Part shown: positions 43,609 through 53,875 of the stretch, piece after piece
Layout: every line of letters begins with the position of its first letter
Position numbering within the stretch: position 1 is the stretch's first letter
DNA from: Phycisphaerales bacterium
GTDB taxonomy: Bacteria; Planctomycetota; Phycisphaerae; WQYP01
Length of the DNA stretch: 64,000 nt
Assembly (NCBI GenBank): GCA_027451365.1
Contig: DAIDJN010000073.1
Span: 1-64,000 of the forward strand
Direction: 5' to 3'
Translations under genes and position numbers: made by a program
Notes under the pieces: model-generated
The model's input: the letters and a program-made list of their open reading frames with translations, nothing else
Told to the model about the DNA's origin: nothing
The model's database searches: none

Positions 43609-45288
43609 ATGAATTCAGCTCGCTATAGATTCCCAAACATCCTCCGGCTGCCGGCATTTTGCCTGATGCTTACCGTCAGTTTGTCGGCAGTCACCGCATG
43701 GGCCGGACCGGTCTACCAGTGGTCCGTTCGTGTACCCGGATACGCCAATAAAAAGCGGGCATATTTATGGATTTCGCCGCGTTTGAACCGCGTGCGCGGC
43801 CTGCTGGTCGGTGTGCAAAATATGCTCGAACAGCCCGCGTTTGCCGACCCAATTATCCGCAACGCCTGCGCGAAATCCGGACTTGGCATTGTGTGGATTT
43901 CGCCCGGATCCACAGCGAACCATGATTCCGGCCTGAGTCTTGGCAACCAGTTCGGACCGCCGGCAAAAGCCGGTGCCGTGCTGCAACGGACCTTAAACCG
44001 CCTTGCCACCGTTTCCGGATATGGCGAAATTCGCTTCGCGCCCCTGCTGGTTTTCGGCCATTCCGCGGCGGCACCCTTTGTATACGGCATTCCGGAATGG
44101 AATCCGGCGCGGATCATCGCCATCATTCCGGACAAATGCGGCTTTCCATCACCCGGACAGGCACCGCTGCAACCGGGAATACCTGTGTTTCATCTGGAAG
44201 CCGAATGGAGCGAATGGGGCGCGGGCTGGGGTTCGTTGGTCAAATGGGATATCAGCGATTTTATTGGTGCCCGGAAAAAATGGCCCCAAAGCCTGACCGG
44301 CGAATTTCTGGATGCGGGCACCGGCCATTTTGACTGGTGCGAAAAATCCGCGCCGCTGGTCGCCATGTTCATTCGTGATGCGGCCAAATATCGCCTGCCA
44401 GTTCACGAACCGCTGAACGGCCCGATAAAACTTAAAACAATTGACCCCAAAACAGGATGGGTTATTGATATAACTAAATACGGCACGCCTGATACCCGTG
44501 CCATGCCGTACAGCGCGTTTCATGGCAACCCGGCGCACGCCTCCTGGTTTTTTAACCGGAAGCTGGCCCAAGCCGTCAACAATTACATGGTTCAGACTTT
44601 ACGCAAAAAGCCCCAAATGCTTAACTTTATTGTCAACGGAAAGCCCGCTTCGCTGGCAAAAAACGGCTTTGCCAGCATCGGCGCGCATTTTAATCCCGAT
44701 GGAGTCACTTTCAGCGTGCACGCCCGTTATTTGAACCACTCCCCAACCAGATTGCTTTGGAACGGCGGACCGCTAGGCCATGCCTCCAGTCCCATACAGT
44801 ACTGGACCATTGGAAGCGGCGCACTTAAACAGGTCGGTCCGCATACATTTAAGGTTTATCTGCATCGGGGCGGCGTGCGGCGGCAAGGGCCTCCCTGGGA
44901 ACCCTGGATTGTGGCCTACAGCCCGGGCGACGCACAATACCAATCCACCGACCGGCCCGCCCACATCTGGGTGGCGATTACCAATCATGCCGGCAAGCCG
45001 CAAACCATTCATTTTCCGCGTTTGGCCAATGTGCGATCGGGCGCTCAATCCATCCGACTTCACGCCACGTCCAGCCTTGGCCTGCCGGTACAGTTTTTTG
45101 TGGTCAGTGGGCCGGTGAAATTGGCGGCGGACAATCGAACACTGCAATTCACAACCATTCCGCCACGGGCGAAATTCCCCATGAAAGTCATTGTGGGCGC
45201 ATGGCAATGGGGCCGCGCCACGCATCCGCGCGTTCAATCGGCGGGACCAATTTACCGCAGTTTCTATATTGAAAAACGACCGGGATAA
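43609..45288 (+). CDS. Secreted hypothetical protein, alpha/beta-hydrolase-like with C-terminal Ig-like region
   Basis: Signal peptide (AWA); PLLVFGHSAAA nucleophile-like motif; GTGHF; C-terminal ATSSLGLPVQF.VVSGP. Confidence 0.7.
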   Translation: MNSARYRFPNILRLPAFCLMLTVSLSAVTAWAGPVYQWSVRVPGYANKKRAYLWISPRLNRVRGLLVGVQNMLEQPAFADPIIRNACAKSGLGIVWISPGSTANHDSGLSLGNQFGPPAKAGAVLQRTLNRLATVSGYGEIRFAPLLVFGHSAAAPFVYGIPEWNPARIIAIIPDKCGFPSPGQAPLQPGIPVFHLEAEWSEWGAGWGSLVKWDISDFIGARKKWPQSLTGEFLDAGTGHFDWCEKSAPLVAMFIRDAAKYRLPVHEPLNGPIKLKTIDPKTGWVIDITKYGTPDTRAMPYSAFHGNPAHASWFFNRKLAQAVNNYMVQTLRKKPQMLNFIVNGKPASLAKNGFASIGAHFNPDGVTFSVHARYLNHSPTRLLWNGGPLGHASSPIQYWTIGSGALKQVGPHTFKVYLHRGGVRRQGPPWEPWIVAYSPGDAQYQSTDRPAHIWVAITNHAGKPQTIHFPRLANVRSGAQSIRLHATSSLGLPVQFFVVSGPVKLAADNRTLQFTTIPPRAKFPMKVIVGAWQWGRATHPRVQSAGPIYRSFYIEKRPG

Positions 45289-45374
45289 TTTGAATATCGG
45301 ATGAAAGCGGCACATTGCCGCAAGCTGGCCGACAATGGGATTCACACGAATCATCGCGCCTGGTTGCCCCGCGC

Positions 45375-46421
45375 CTATGCCGTGGCCAGAACGCCAACAC
45401 TAAGCGGGCTTGTGACGCCCTGCGCCTGCAGCCGCGCACCCAGACCGGCGATCATGGCGGCGTTGTCCGTACAGAAACTCAGGGCCGGCAGGTAAAGCGG
45501 CAAAGATGCGGCGCGGGCCACTTCCGCGAGCCTGTCCCGAATATAACTGTTCGCAGCCACGCCGCCGCCCACAATAATGCTTTTGGCACCGCGGCCCTCC
45601 AGCGCCCGACGCAGCTTGGCGCACAAAGCTTCCGCCACCGCATGTTGAAACGAAGCGGCCACATCCGCCTTTTGCGATTCCGTCAGGTCCGCCGCAGTCC
45701 GCTGCGTTCCCTGGCGGCCATTCACGAAATACCGGACGGCGGTCTTCAATCCGCTGAAGGAAAAATCAAGTGAATCCTTGCCCAGCAGGCTTACTGGAAA
45801 TCGGATTGCGTCCCGATTGCCTGACCGCGCCAGCGCCTCCAGCCGCGGACCGCCCGGATAACCGAGTTGCAAAATCGCGGCGACTTTATCAAAGGCCTCC
45901 CCCACGGCATCATCAATCGTGGATCCCAGACGCCGCAAATTGGTAAAAGCTTCCATGTGATAAAGCGTGGAATGGCCGCCGGAAATAATCAGTCCCACCG
46001 CCGGAAATTCCGGCGATTGTCGCAACGGCCCATTGGCCGCCGACAGCGCCGCGGCATACAAATGGGCATGAATATGGTTTACACACACCAGCGGCCGGTC
46101 CCAGGCAAAGGCGAATCCTTTGGCCGCCGATACCCCCACCAGCAGGCAGCCGATTAAGCCCGGACTGTTGGCCACGGCAACCGCGGACAGTTTGGCCGGC
46201 GAAATACCGGCATCCGCCAGCGCCAAAGCCACAATTTTATTCAGGCATTCCAGATGCACACGTGCGGCAATTTCCGGCACCACGCCGCCGAAACGCTCAT
46301 GCAATGCCACCTGGCTCCAGACCACACTCGACAGCACCCGCGTTCCACCAGCCACCACGGCGGCACCGGTTTCATCACAGGTTGTTTCCAGTCCGAGCGT
46401 CAGCGTGTCTTCATGAATCAT
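45375..46421 (-). CDS. tsaD: tRNA threonylcarbamoyltransferase TsaD
   Basis: ETTCDETG, GGVVPEIAAR, HIHAH, SGGH, DDAVGEAFDK, FSFSGLKT, DNAAMIA. Confidence 0.96.
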   Translation of the reverse strand: MIHEDTLTLGLETTCDETGAAVVAGGTRVLSSVVWSQVALHERFGGVVPEIAARVHLECLNKIVALALADAGISPAKLSAVAVANSPGLIGCLLVGVSAAKGFAFAWDRPLVCVNHIHAHLYAAALSAANGPLRQSPEFPAVGLIISGGHSTLYHMEAFTNLRRLGSTIDDAVGEAFDKVAAILQLGYPGGPRLEALARSGNRDAIRFPVSLLGKDSLDFSFSGLKTAVRYFVNGRQGTQRTAADLTESQKADVAASFQHAVAEALCAKLRRALEGRGAKSIIVGGGVAANSYIRDRLAEVARAASLPLYLPALSFCTDNAAMIAGLGARLQAQGVTSPLSVGVLATA

Positions 46422-46804
46422 AACGGCCCCGCGTTCCGGCCGGCAAAACGCAACAATTCAGGCAATTGCTGAACAAAACGCGAACGCGGCATAACCTTGC
46501 TGGCACCGGCCTCCATGGCGCGGGCGGCCAGTTCGCCCTGAACATGGGAATAAAATGCCACAATTTCGCAGGTTGGCGCGCCGACGCGCGTCATTTTTAT
46601 CGCCTCCAGCGGATCGGGAGAGGCGCAATTCAGGTCCACCAGCAGGAGTTTCCCATCGCCCTGGCCAACGGCCACCGTCAGTGCATCCAGCTTGCGAAAA
46701 TATTGAACTATCCGGCCCTGGGCGCGCGCCTCGGCGGAAATGCGCGATGAAAAAATCATGTCCTGCACCACAGCCAGCACAGGCGTTGACTGTCCGGCAC
46801 TCAT
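46418..46804 (-). CDS. Atypical single-domain receiver (CheY-like) protein
   Basis: Beta/alpha pattern with LLLVDL, IVAFYSHV, AMEAGA; canonical acidic pair and Lys degenerate. Confidence 0.65.
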   Translation of the reverse strand: MSAGQSTPVLAVVQDMIFSSRISAEARAQGRIVQYFRKLDALTVAVGQGDGKLLLVDLNCASPDPLEAIKMTRVGAPTCEIVAFYSHVQGELAARAMEAGASKVMPRSRFVQQLPELLRFAGRNAGPL

Positions 46805-47406
46805 GGCGACTCTCCTGCCGCCAGATGCGCAGCTAAACCCGCTACCGTCACCGCAACCCGAGCCGCATCTTTGCGACCATTTGGCTTTTCAATTGCCTGC
46901 AATTCCGGGGGCAGAATGGTCGCATCAGCTCTTTTGCCCACCGCCACCATGGCCAGTGCTGTAAAACGGTCAGGCGAAATGCCCAGCGCCTGATAGGTGG
47001 CAATTTCGTCAAAGCCGCCCATGGCGTGGGCTGAAAGGCCCAGGCTGTGCGCCTGCAATGCAAGGCTCATCCAGGCGGCACCGGCATCGAAACCGGCATG
47101 ACGGTTTGCTTTGCCGTTCTTGCCGAATTCGCGCCGCGAAAGAATAACCATCAGAAGCGGTGCCCGATCCGCCCAGATACGATTCTTTTCCACCAGCAGC
47201 GGCCGCAGACGCGACAAGTCGCGTTCCGAATCGGCATACACGAACAGCCACGGCTGTTCATTAAAGCAGGAGGGTGCCCAGCGGGCGGCTTCAAATAATG
47301 ATTTGATCGCTTCCGGTGGAATCGGTTCACTGGACAGCGCCCGGCCCGACCAGCGATCTGTAAATTGGCGATCTACTGCGGCCTGAGGAATGCGGGCAAA
47401 AGACAT
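46801..47406 (-). CDS. Nitroreductase family protein
   Basis: RWSGRA, FEAARWAPSCFNEQPW, FDAGAAW, HAMGGFD. Confidence 0.9.
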   Translation of the reverse strand: MSFARIPQAAVDRQFTDRWSGRALSSEPIPPEAIKSLFEAARWAPSCFNEQPWLFVYADSERDLSRLRPLLVEKNRIWADRAPLLMVILSRREFGKNGKANRHAGFDAGAAWMSLALQAHSLGLSAHAMGGFDEIATYQALGISPDRFTALAMVAVGKRADATILPPELQAIEKPNGRKDAARVAVTVAGLAAHLAAGESP

Positions 47407-47580
47407 CGTGATAACCTCAACAGCTTGGCTGCCGGCGGCATTTCCGGACACCGGACCAGCCCCGACAGTGGTAAAGTATAATAGGCAGTCAGTATTAACT
47501 CACCCCGCTTTCCAGATGATACTTCATCCGGTCCGCGGGCATGCGGTCAGGCCTGACAAAAAATCCGCTTCAATACAGAA

Positions 47581-48384
47581 CTATGCCTCAATGATGACCG
47601 GATTTTCCAACGCTCCAATCTTTTCCAATTCAATCCGGACCCGATCGCCGGCCATCAGCCAGCGCGGTGGCGTGCGGGCCATTCCGACGCCCTCTGGCGT
47701 GCCGGTCAGAATTACCGTTCCGGGCAGGAGGGTGGTGGAACCGGAAAGAAACGCGATCATTTTTTCAACTGAAAAAATCATGTCCGAAGTGTTGGATTTT
47801 TGCAGCGTCTGGCCATTCACACTGGTTTCAATAGACAGTTGATTCGGATTACCGGTTTCATCGGGCGTGACAATCGCCGGCCCAAGCGGGCAGAACGTAT
47901 CGAAACTTTTCCCGCGGCACCATTGCGAACCACCCCACTGCTTTTGCCAGTCGCGGGCCGACACATCGTTGGCCGCGGTAAAGCCAAGTACGCAGTCCAG
48001 CGCCTCGGATTCCGGTACATTTTTCGCCCGTTTGCCGATCACGATCGCCAACTCGGCTTCGTAATCCACCTGCGAACTCGCCAATCGCCGTGGCAATTCA
48101 ATGGGGTCCTGCGGGTTCTGCACCGACGCGGGATTCTTGAAAAACAGCACGGGAAACTCCGGCACGGTGGCTCCGGTTTCCGCGGCGTGTTTGCGGTAAT
48201 TGAGTCCAATGCACAGGATCGCCGCCGGTACGATCGGTGCCAGCAGTTTGGCGATCGCCATCTTCTGCCGGGTGACCGTGTGGTTTCCCAGAATATCGCC
48301 CTGTATACGAAACGCCGTGCCATCGGCCTGCAGGGATCCATAATGCACGTGACCGAAGGAATCGAAAAAACGCACAATTTTCAT
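47581..48384 (-). CDS. Fumarylacetoacetate hydrolase family protein
   Basis: CIGLNYRKH, DYEAEL, NDVSARD, GKSFDTF, LTGTPEGVG. Confidence 0.92.
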   Translation of the reverse strand: MKIVRFFDSFGHVHYGSLQADGTAFRIQGDILGNHTVTRQKMAIAKLLAPIVPAAILCIGLNYRKHAAETGATVPEFPVLFFKNPASVQNPQDPIELPRRLASSQVDYEAELAIVIGKRAKNVPESEALDCVLGFTAANDVSARDWQKQWGGSQWCRGKSFDTFCPLGPAIVTPDETGNPNQLSIETSVNGQTLQKSNTSDMIFSVEKMIAFLSGSTTLLPGTVILTGTPEGVGMARTPPRWLMAGDRVRIELEKIGALENPVIIEA

Positions 48385-48664
48385 AATTGCTCCGTACATT
48401 CAGCCTTGCGTGCAACACCCGCTGTTGCAGGGCGATTATAACCATCGTCAGGCATCGCGTCATCGCAGATTCGCTTCGATGTGGCACCGGACCATTCAGG
48501 CCATGCACGGGCACGCCTCGCACAGTTTTTTAACATTTTAATTCTGACATGTGACATTCACCCATCACCCCGGTTTCCCAATGCGGGCAATTGTCACTCA
48601 CATGCCGCCAGCGTTATTGCAACAGACCACAATCAGCGGGCGGTCCGCGCGGCTATACTGATTC

Positions 48665-49147
48665 ATGGCAGATAGAATCTTCATTTATCGATCATCGTTC
48701 TGGATATGGACAGCTCGGCTGCTTACCGGCCTGTTTTTTATTTTTGCCGGGTTGAATCATTTCCGGGAACCGGGGCTGTACGTTAAAATTATTCCGCCGC
48801 ATTTTCCCGATCCCTCCCTGCTTGTGGTTATCAGTGGAGTTGGCGAAATCGCCGGAGGAGCCGGTCTGTGCGTGCCCCTACTTCGCCGCACCGCGGCGTG
48901 GGGCCTCATTGCACTGCTGATAGCGGTTTTCCCAGCCAATATCTATATGGCCCTGTATCCGGACGCATTGGCAAGTCTGCACATTCCAGCATGGCTGCTC
49001 TGGCTGCGGCTGCCGATGCAGTTCATTCTGATCGCGTGGATATGGTGGATCGCGCTGCTTCGCCAAAGCCAACAGGTCCGAGAAGTGACACTTTTAATGC
49101 CGCCGTCCCGCACGGTCGCCGACGAAACCACCCGCCTGCGGCTATAA
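48665..49147 (+). CDS. DoxX-family membrane protein
   Basis: FIFAGLNHF, SGVGEIAGG, AVFPANIYMA, RLPMQ. Confidence 0.8.
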   Translation: MADRIFIYRSSFWIWTARLLTGLFFIFAGLNHFREPGLYVKIIPPHFPDPSLLVVISGVGEIAGGAGLCVPLLRRTAAWGLIALLIAVFPANIYMALYPDALASLHIPAWLLWLRLPMQFILIAWIWWIALLRQSQQVREVTLLMPPSRTVADETTRLRL

Positions 49148-49210
49148 TCCAGTTCGGACGGAATCGACCGCCTTTGCGGCCTGACGGGCATTCGGAAACC
49201 AGAGCGACTC

Positions 49211-51370
49211 ATGACAGCAGCACGCACAGCTTTAAAAGTTGAAAGTGAATTCAATCCGGCGGGCGATCAGCCGCAGGCGATAGATAAACTTGTAAACGCC
49301 TTTAACAGCGGGGCCAAATATCAGGTTCTGATGGGCGTCACCGGTTCGGGAAAGACGTTCACCATGGCCCATGTGGCGGCGCGGCTCGGCAAGCCGGTAC
49401 TGATCATCAGTCACAATAAGACGCTGGCGGCTCAGTTATATGAGGAATTCCGGGAACTGTTCCCGGCCAACGCGGTCAACTATTTTGTAAGCTATTACGA
49501 TTATTACCAGCCGGAAGCTTACATTCCGCAGCGCGACATTTACATTGAAAAGGATGCCGCCCGCAATGACGACCTGGATCGCCTGCGGCTGGCGACAACC
49601 AGCAACTTAATTTCCCGACGGGACGTGATGACGGTGGCCTCGGTAAGCTGCATTTTCGGGCTTGGCTCACCGGATGAATACAAGAAAAAGATTCTTTCCG
49701 TTCAAAAAGGGCAATCCATTCCGCGTGATGAGTTGCTCCGATCGCTGGTGGACATGCAATACGAACGAAGTGATTTTGAATTCAAACGCGGCACCTTCCG
49801 GGTTCGCGGCGATGTTCTGGAAATTTTTCCAGCCTATGAAACCACCGCCATCCGCCTGGAAATGTTCGGTGACGATGTTGAAAATATATGGCACATTCAC
49901 CCGGTTTCCGGCGAACGGCTGGTGGAGGAACAGACCGCGCTTATTTTCCCCGCCAAGCACTACATGGCAGATGAACACACGCTGCAACGCGCGGTGCGCG
50001 ACATTCATCTGGAACTGGACGAAAGGCTGAAGGAATTCCGTATGCACGGCAAGCTGCTGGAGGCCCAGCGGCTGCTTGCGCGCACCAAATACGACACCGA
50101 AATGATGCTGGAAACCGGCTTCTGTCAGGGCATTGAAAATTATTCCCGGCATATCGCGGGTCTTCCAGCCGGCTGCAAGCCGTTTACCCTGGTCGATTAT
50201 TTCCCGAAGGATTACCTGCTGATCATAGATGAATCGCACGTGACCATTCCCCAGCTTAACGCCATGTACGCCGGCGACCGGAACCGCAAACTGGTGCTGG
50301 TGGAACATGGATTCCGGCTGCCGTCGGCGCTGGACAACCGGCCGATGCGATTTGAAGAATTCAAATCCATGTGGAATCAGGTACTGTTTGTGTCCGCCAC
50401 TCCGGGCAAATATGAACTGGAACTCACCGGCGGTGAAGTCGTGGAACAGGTGATACGCCCGACCGGTCTGATGGACCCGCCCATCACCGTGCTGCCGGCA
50501 CAGGGCCAGGTGAAGGACCTGCTGGAACAGGTGAAACAGCGCGCCGCAAAACAACAGCGGGTACTGGTCACCACGCTGACCAAGCGCCTGGCCGAAGACC
50601 TGGCCCATTACATATCCAAGGAGGGCATGCGCTGCAAATATCTGCACAGTGAAATTCAGACATTTGAGCGTGTGGACATTTTGCGGGAACTGCGCGAAGG
50701 CGGTTTTGACTGCCTGGTGGGTGTGAATCTGCTGCGCGAAGGGCTTGACCTGCCGGAGGTTTCCATGGTGGCCATTCTGGATGCCGACAAGCAAGGCTTT
50801 TTGCGAAGCGAATCGTCGCTGATTCAGATGATCGGCCGCTGCGCCCGCAATGTCGATGCCCAGGTTTATCTGTATGCCGACAAAATTACGCCCGCCATGC
50901 AGAAGGCCATGGACGAAACTCTGCGGCGGCGAAAACTCCAGGAAGCATACAACCTGAAACATGGCATCACGCCGACGACCATACGCAAAGCCATCCGCCA
51001 GGGACTGGACCTGGAACTGCGCGCCCGCCGCACTGCCCGCGATATGGTGGCCGGATCGGATGATCAGTTTGATCAGGTGGAAATGGTTCGCATGCTTGAG
51101 GAAGAAATGCTTGCGGCGGCCAACAATCTGGAATTTGAAAAGGCCGCCGACATACGCGACCGTTTGAAGGAGTTGTACGACAAAAACCCGGCCCTGGCCA
51201 AGGGCGGTACCACCTCGGCCGCGGATGGAGCACAACCCACAGGCAACAGCGCCATGGCCGAGCACGAAAAAAATCTCGCCGAGGCCATTGACAGCGGCAT
51301 TGCCCAGCGGCTGGCCAACCGCCCGGCTAAACCCGCCGCGCAAAAAGGGCCCAGAGGGCGGCGGCGTTAG
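49211..51370 (+). CDS. uvrB: Excinuclease ABC subunit B
   Basis: GVTGSGKT, HNKTLAAQL, YYDYYQPEAY, DESH, LLREGLDLPEV, C-terminal UVR motif. Confidence 0.98.
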   Translation: MTAARTALKVESEFNPAGDQPQAIDKLVNAFNSGAKYQVLMGVTGSGKTFTMAHVAARLGKPVLIISHNKTLAAQLYEEFRELFPANAVNYFVSYYDYYQPEAYIPQRDIYIEKDAARNDDLDRLRLATTSNLISRRDVMTVASVSCIFGLGSPDEYKKKILSVQKGQSIPRDELLRSLVDMQYERSDFEFKRGTFRVRGDVLEIFPAYETTAIRLEMFGDDVENIWHIHPVSGERLVEEQTALIFPAKHYMADEHTLQRAVRDIHLELDERLKEFRMHGKLLEAQRLLARTKYDTEMMLETGFCQGIENYSRHIAGLPAGCKPFTLVDYFPKDYLLIIDESHVTIPQLNAMYAGDRNRKLVLVEHGFRLPSALDNRPMRFEEFKSMWNQVLFVSATPGKYELELTGGEVVEQVIRPTGLMDPPITVLPAQGQVKDLLEQVKQRAAKQQRVLVTTLTKRLAEDLAHYISKEGMRCKYLHSEIQTFERVDILRELREGGFDCLVGVNLLREGLDLPEVSMVAILDADKQGFLRSESSLIQMIGRCARNVDAQVYLYADKITPAMQKAMDETLRRRKLQEAYNLKHGITPTTIRKAIRQGLDLELRARRTARDMVAGSDDQFDQVEMVRMLEEEMLAAANNLEFEKAADIRDRLKELYDKNPALAKGGTTSAADGAQPTGNSAMAEHEKNLAEAIDSGIAQRLANRPAKPAAQKGPRGRRR

Positions 51371-51437
51371 CCTCAGGCATTTGAAAGCCTTTCAATAAAT
51401 CTCCGGCAGCCTGGTCCGCATTCTGACATCTTTAAAA

Positions 51438-51466
51438 TTGACAACTTTGTATACCCCATGTAAAAT
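51438..51466 (+). promoter_or_regulatory. Sigma70 promoter of the NRAMP-like gene
   Basis: TTGACA-17 bp-TAAAAT; predicted +1 falls near the in-frame ATG at 51473. Confidence 0.7.
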
Positions 51467-51472
51467 ACTTTG

Positions 51473-52888
51473 ATGATTCAAAGTCTATGGAGACATGTTT
51501 CCGCGGGTGACACGGGTTCCATCACCCCCCAAACCGGTCTTAATGGCCCGCCCGCCACCACACCGACCCGGGAAGATATGGCCCGCGCCACCGACCGGCT
51601 GGCCGTGGAAAAAGTTCGCGGGAATCCGCATTCGTCCAGCTTGCGGCGATGGTCGCGGCTGCTCTGGCTGCTGGCTGGGCCAGGCATTCTGGTTTTTCTG
51701 GGTGAAAATGACGCTCCCAGCATGCTTTCCTACGCGGCCACCGGGGCGCAATTCGGTATTGGATTTTTCTTTCCATTTATTGTGGTTACATTTCTAATGG
51801 CGCTGGTGGTGCAGGAAATGACCGTGCGACTCGGCGCGGTGACGCATCGGGGGCACGCGGAACTTATCTTTGATCGCTTCGGTCCGTTCTGGGGCGTTTT
51901 TTCAATGCTGGACCTGCTGGTCGGCAATTTTCTGACACTGGTAACGGAATTCATCGGCATTGTGGCGGGACTCGGCTATTTTGGCGTGCCGCCCCTTGTG
52001 GCGGTTGGGTTTGCCCTGGCGGTGCTGCTGGGTGCGGCGATGACGCGCCGCTATTGGACATGGGAACGCATTGTGCTTGCACTGGCCCTGGGCAACGGCG
52101 TGTTTGTGCCGGTCGCCCTTATGACCCATCCAGACTGGCACGCGGTCGGCCACGCGCTTATTACCTGGGGGCCGTTGCCTGGCGGACTGAAGCCGAACAC
52201 CATCCTGTTAATGATGGCCGATATAGGGGCCACCGTGACGCCATGGATGCTGTTTTTTCAGCAGGGAGCTACCTCGGATAAAGGCCTACAGCCCAGGGAC
52301 GTATCCTTTGCGCGATGGGACACACTGCTGGGGGCGTGTCTGGCGGCGATATTCGGACTTGCGGCCGTGCTGGCAACCGCGCCGCTGTTTGTTCATAAAA
52401 TCAGTGCGGCGCATCTGCACAATGCACAATTCGCCCAGGCGATCGAACCATTTGTCGGGCATGTGGGCGCATCGCTTTTTGCACTGGGGCTGGTGGAGGC
52501 CGGCCTGGTGGCGGCAATCAGCATTTCCGCATCATCGGCGTATGCGTTTGGCGAAGTGACCCGTCAGGCTCACAGCCTGAACCGTCCGCTGCGGGAGGCG
52601 TGGCCGTTTTATCTTGTGCTGTTCGGATCCGCGATTGCCGCCGGCGCCCTGACGCTTATTCCCGGCGCGCCGCTGGAATTTATCGTGCTGATCGTGAATG
52701 TGATTGCCACGCTGGCCATGCCGCCGGCGCTGCTCTTTCTGCTGATCCTGGCGAATGACCGGGCGGTGATGGGAGACAAAGTCAATGGTGTGTGGCTGAA
52801 TATCGCGGGCATCGGCGTAACCCTGATTCTGATACTATGCGGAATCTTGTTCGGAATAAGCCAGGTGTTTCCCCGTTTATTTGGTTAG
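51473..52888 (+). CDS. NRAMP-related divalent metal transporter
   Basis: About 11 TMs; GPGILVFLGENDAPSMLSY, QEMTVRLGAVT, GATVTPWMLFFQQ; start uncertain. Confidence 0.85.
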   Translation: MIQSLWRHVSAGDTGSITPQTGLNGPPATTPTREDMARATDRLAVEKVRGNPHSSSLRRWSRLLWLLAGPGILVFLGENDAPSMLSYAATGAQFGIGFFFPFIVVTFLMALVVQEMTVRLGAVTHRGHAELIFDRFGPFWGVFSMLDLLVGNFLTLVTEFIGIVAGLGYFGVPPLVAVGFALAVLLGAAMTRRYWTWERIVLALALGNGVFVPVALMTHPDWHAVGHALITWGPLPGGLKPNTILLMMADIGATVTPWMLFFQQGATSDKGLQPRDVSFARWDTLLGACLAAIFGLAAVLATAPLFVHKISAAHLHNAQFAQAIEPFVGHVGASLFALGLVEAGLVAAISISASSAYAFGEVTRQAHSLNRPLREAWPFYLVLFGSAIAAGALTLIPGAPLEFIVLIVNVIATLAMPPALLFLLILANDRAVMGDKVNGVWLNIAGIGVTLILILCGILFGISQVFPRLFG

Positions 52889-52897
52889 GAGATTCCC

Positions 52898-53128
52898 ATG
52901 GATCAAGCCAGCGATTATTCGGGTGTAAGCCGTTCCGATCTTCAGGCGCAGCCTGAATTGGTGCGTTCACTGCTGGAGGAAGACCAGCTAGTGGACTTTA
53001 AGAGTCAGACCAAATTTGGCCGACGGCATTTGTCGGGAAAGATCATTTTTCTTCTATGGGCGCTGCGCATTTATGTCATATTCATGTTCGCGCTGGTGGT
53101 ACTGGTCATTCTGCACGCATTTCATTGA
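52898..53128 (+). CDS. Small membrane protein, probably co-transcribed with the NRAMP gene
   Basis: AGGAG SD; 76 aa; C-terminal TM LLWALRIYVIFMFALVV. Confidence 0.7.
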   Translation: MDQASDYSGVSRSDLQAQPELVRSLLEEDQLVDFKSQTKFGRRHLSGKIIFLLWALRIYVIFMFALVVLVILHAFH

Positions 53129-53865
53129 GTTTTTTCGGGCCGCGCGCCCGGAACCGTCTTTTTTTGTTCTCCCATGCGCGGTTCGGTTCCCGCAAGCAGC
53201 CTCTGAATATTGCCGCGGTGCTTGACAATGACCAGAACACCGAAAAGCCACGCCGTTAACACAAGCGGCATGAGCGCGTGCCAGCTTTCGGCGCGCATAA
53301 AGGCGGGAAAAACCGGCCACCAGCGGCCCAGCACGGGCACGAGAATCATCAAGGTGATCGCGCCGCAGATGGATGAAATAGAGATGATCCGTCTGGCCAG
53401 AAAAACCGCCAGAAAAACGACCGCCGACATAAGCGCCGCCACCGTAAACAGAGGCCACACGCCAACCAGCGCACCGAATGTTGTGGCAACACCCTTGCCA
53501 CCCTTGAAACCCAGATAAACCGGAAACAGGTGACCGAGTACCGCCGCCAAGGCCGTGGCCAGCGGTATCCAGACAGGCGCGTGCCAATGGCGGGCCAAAA
53601 GATCGCTCACCAGTACGGGCGCAAAGCCCTTCAAAAAATCAGCGAGAAACGCGTACCAGAAATATTTTGCCCCCAACACCCGCCCGGCATTGGTCGCCCC
53701 GATATTGCCGCTGCCATGCCGGCGGATATCCACACCACGGGCAAAGCCCAGCAGCAGGCCGAAGGGAATGGAGCCGAGCAAATAGGCGGCGGCAATGGCC
53801 ACAATCGAAAACAGTTCCACGTCGTGACCGACCGCGTCCACGCCCATCTGACTGCATATGAACAT
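53122..53865 (-). CDS. plsY: Glycerol-3-phosphate acyltransferase PlsY
   Basis: YLLGSIPFG, DIRRHGSGNIGATN, GHLFP..FKGGKGVAT, KHRGNIQRL..G.E; start uncertain (53865 or 53820). Confidence 0.93.
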   Translation of the reverse strand: MFICSQMGVDAVGHDVELFSIVAIAAAYLLGSIPFGLLLGFARGVDIRRHGSGNIGATNAGRVLGAKYFWYAFLADFLKGFAPVLVSDLLARHWHAPVWIPLATALAAVLGHLFPVYLGFKGGKGVATTFGALVGVWPLFTVAALMSAVVFLAVFLARRIISISSICGAITLMILVPVLGRWWPVFPAFMRAESWHALMPLVLTAWLFGVLVIVKHRGNIQRLLAGTEPRMGEQKKTVPGARPEKTQ

Positions 53866-53875
53866 ATTCACGCGT

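Noticed and set aside
49667..51343. 558-aa ORF on the - strand
   Set aside because: Antisense shadow of uvrB
51505..51552. Fluoride-riboswitch-like pattern (GGTGA..TCACC..AAACCG..TAATGGCCC) near the NRAMP start
   Set aside because: The conserved GAUG core and P2 stem are missing, the loop is too long, and it lies inside the probable coding frame; an Rfam search would settle it
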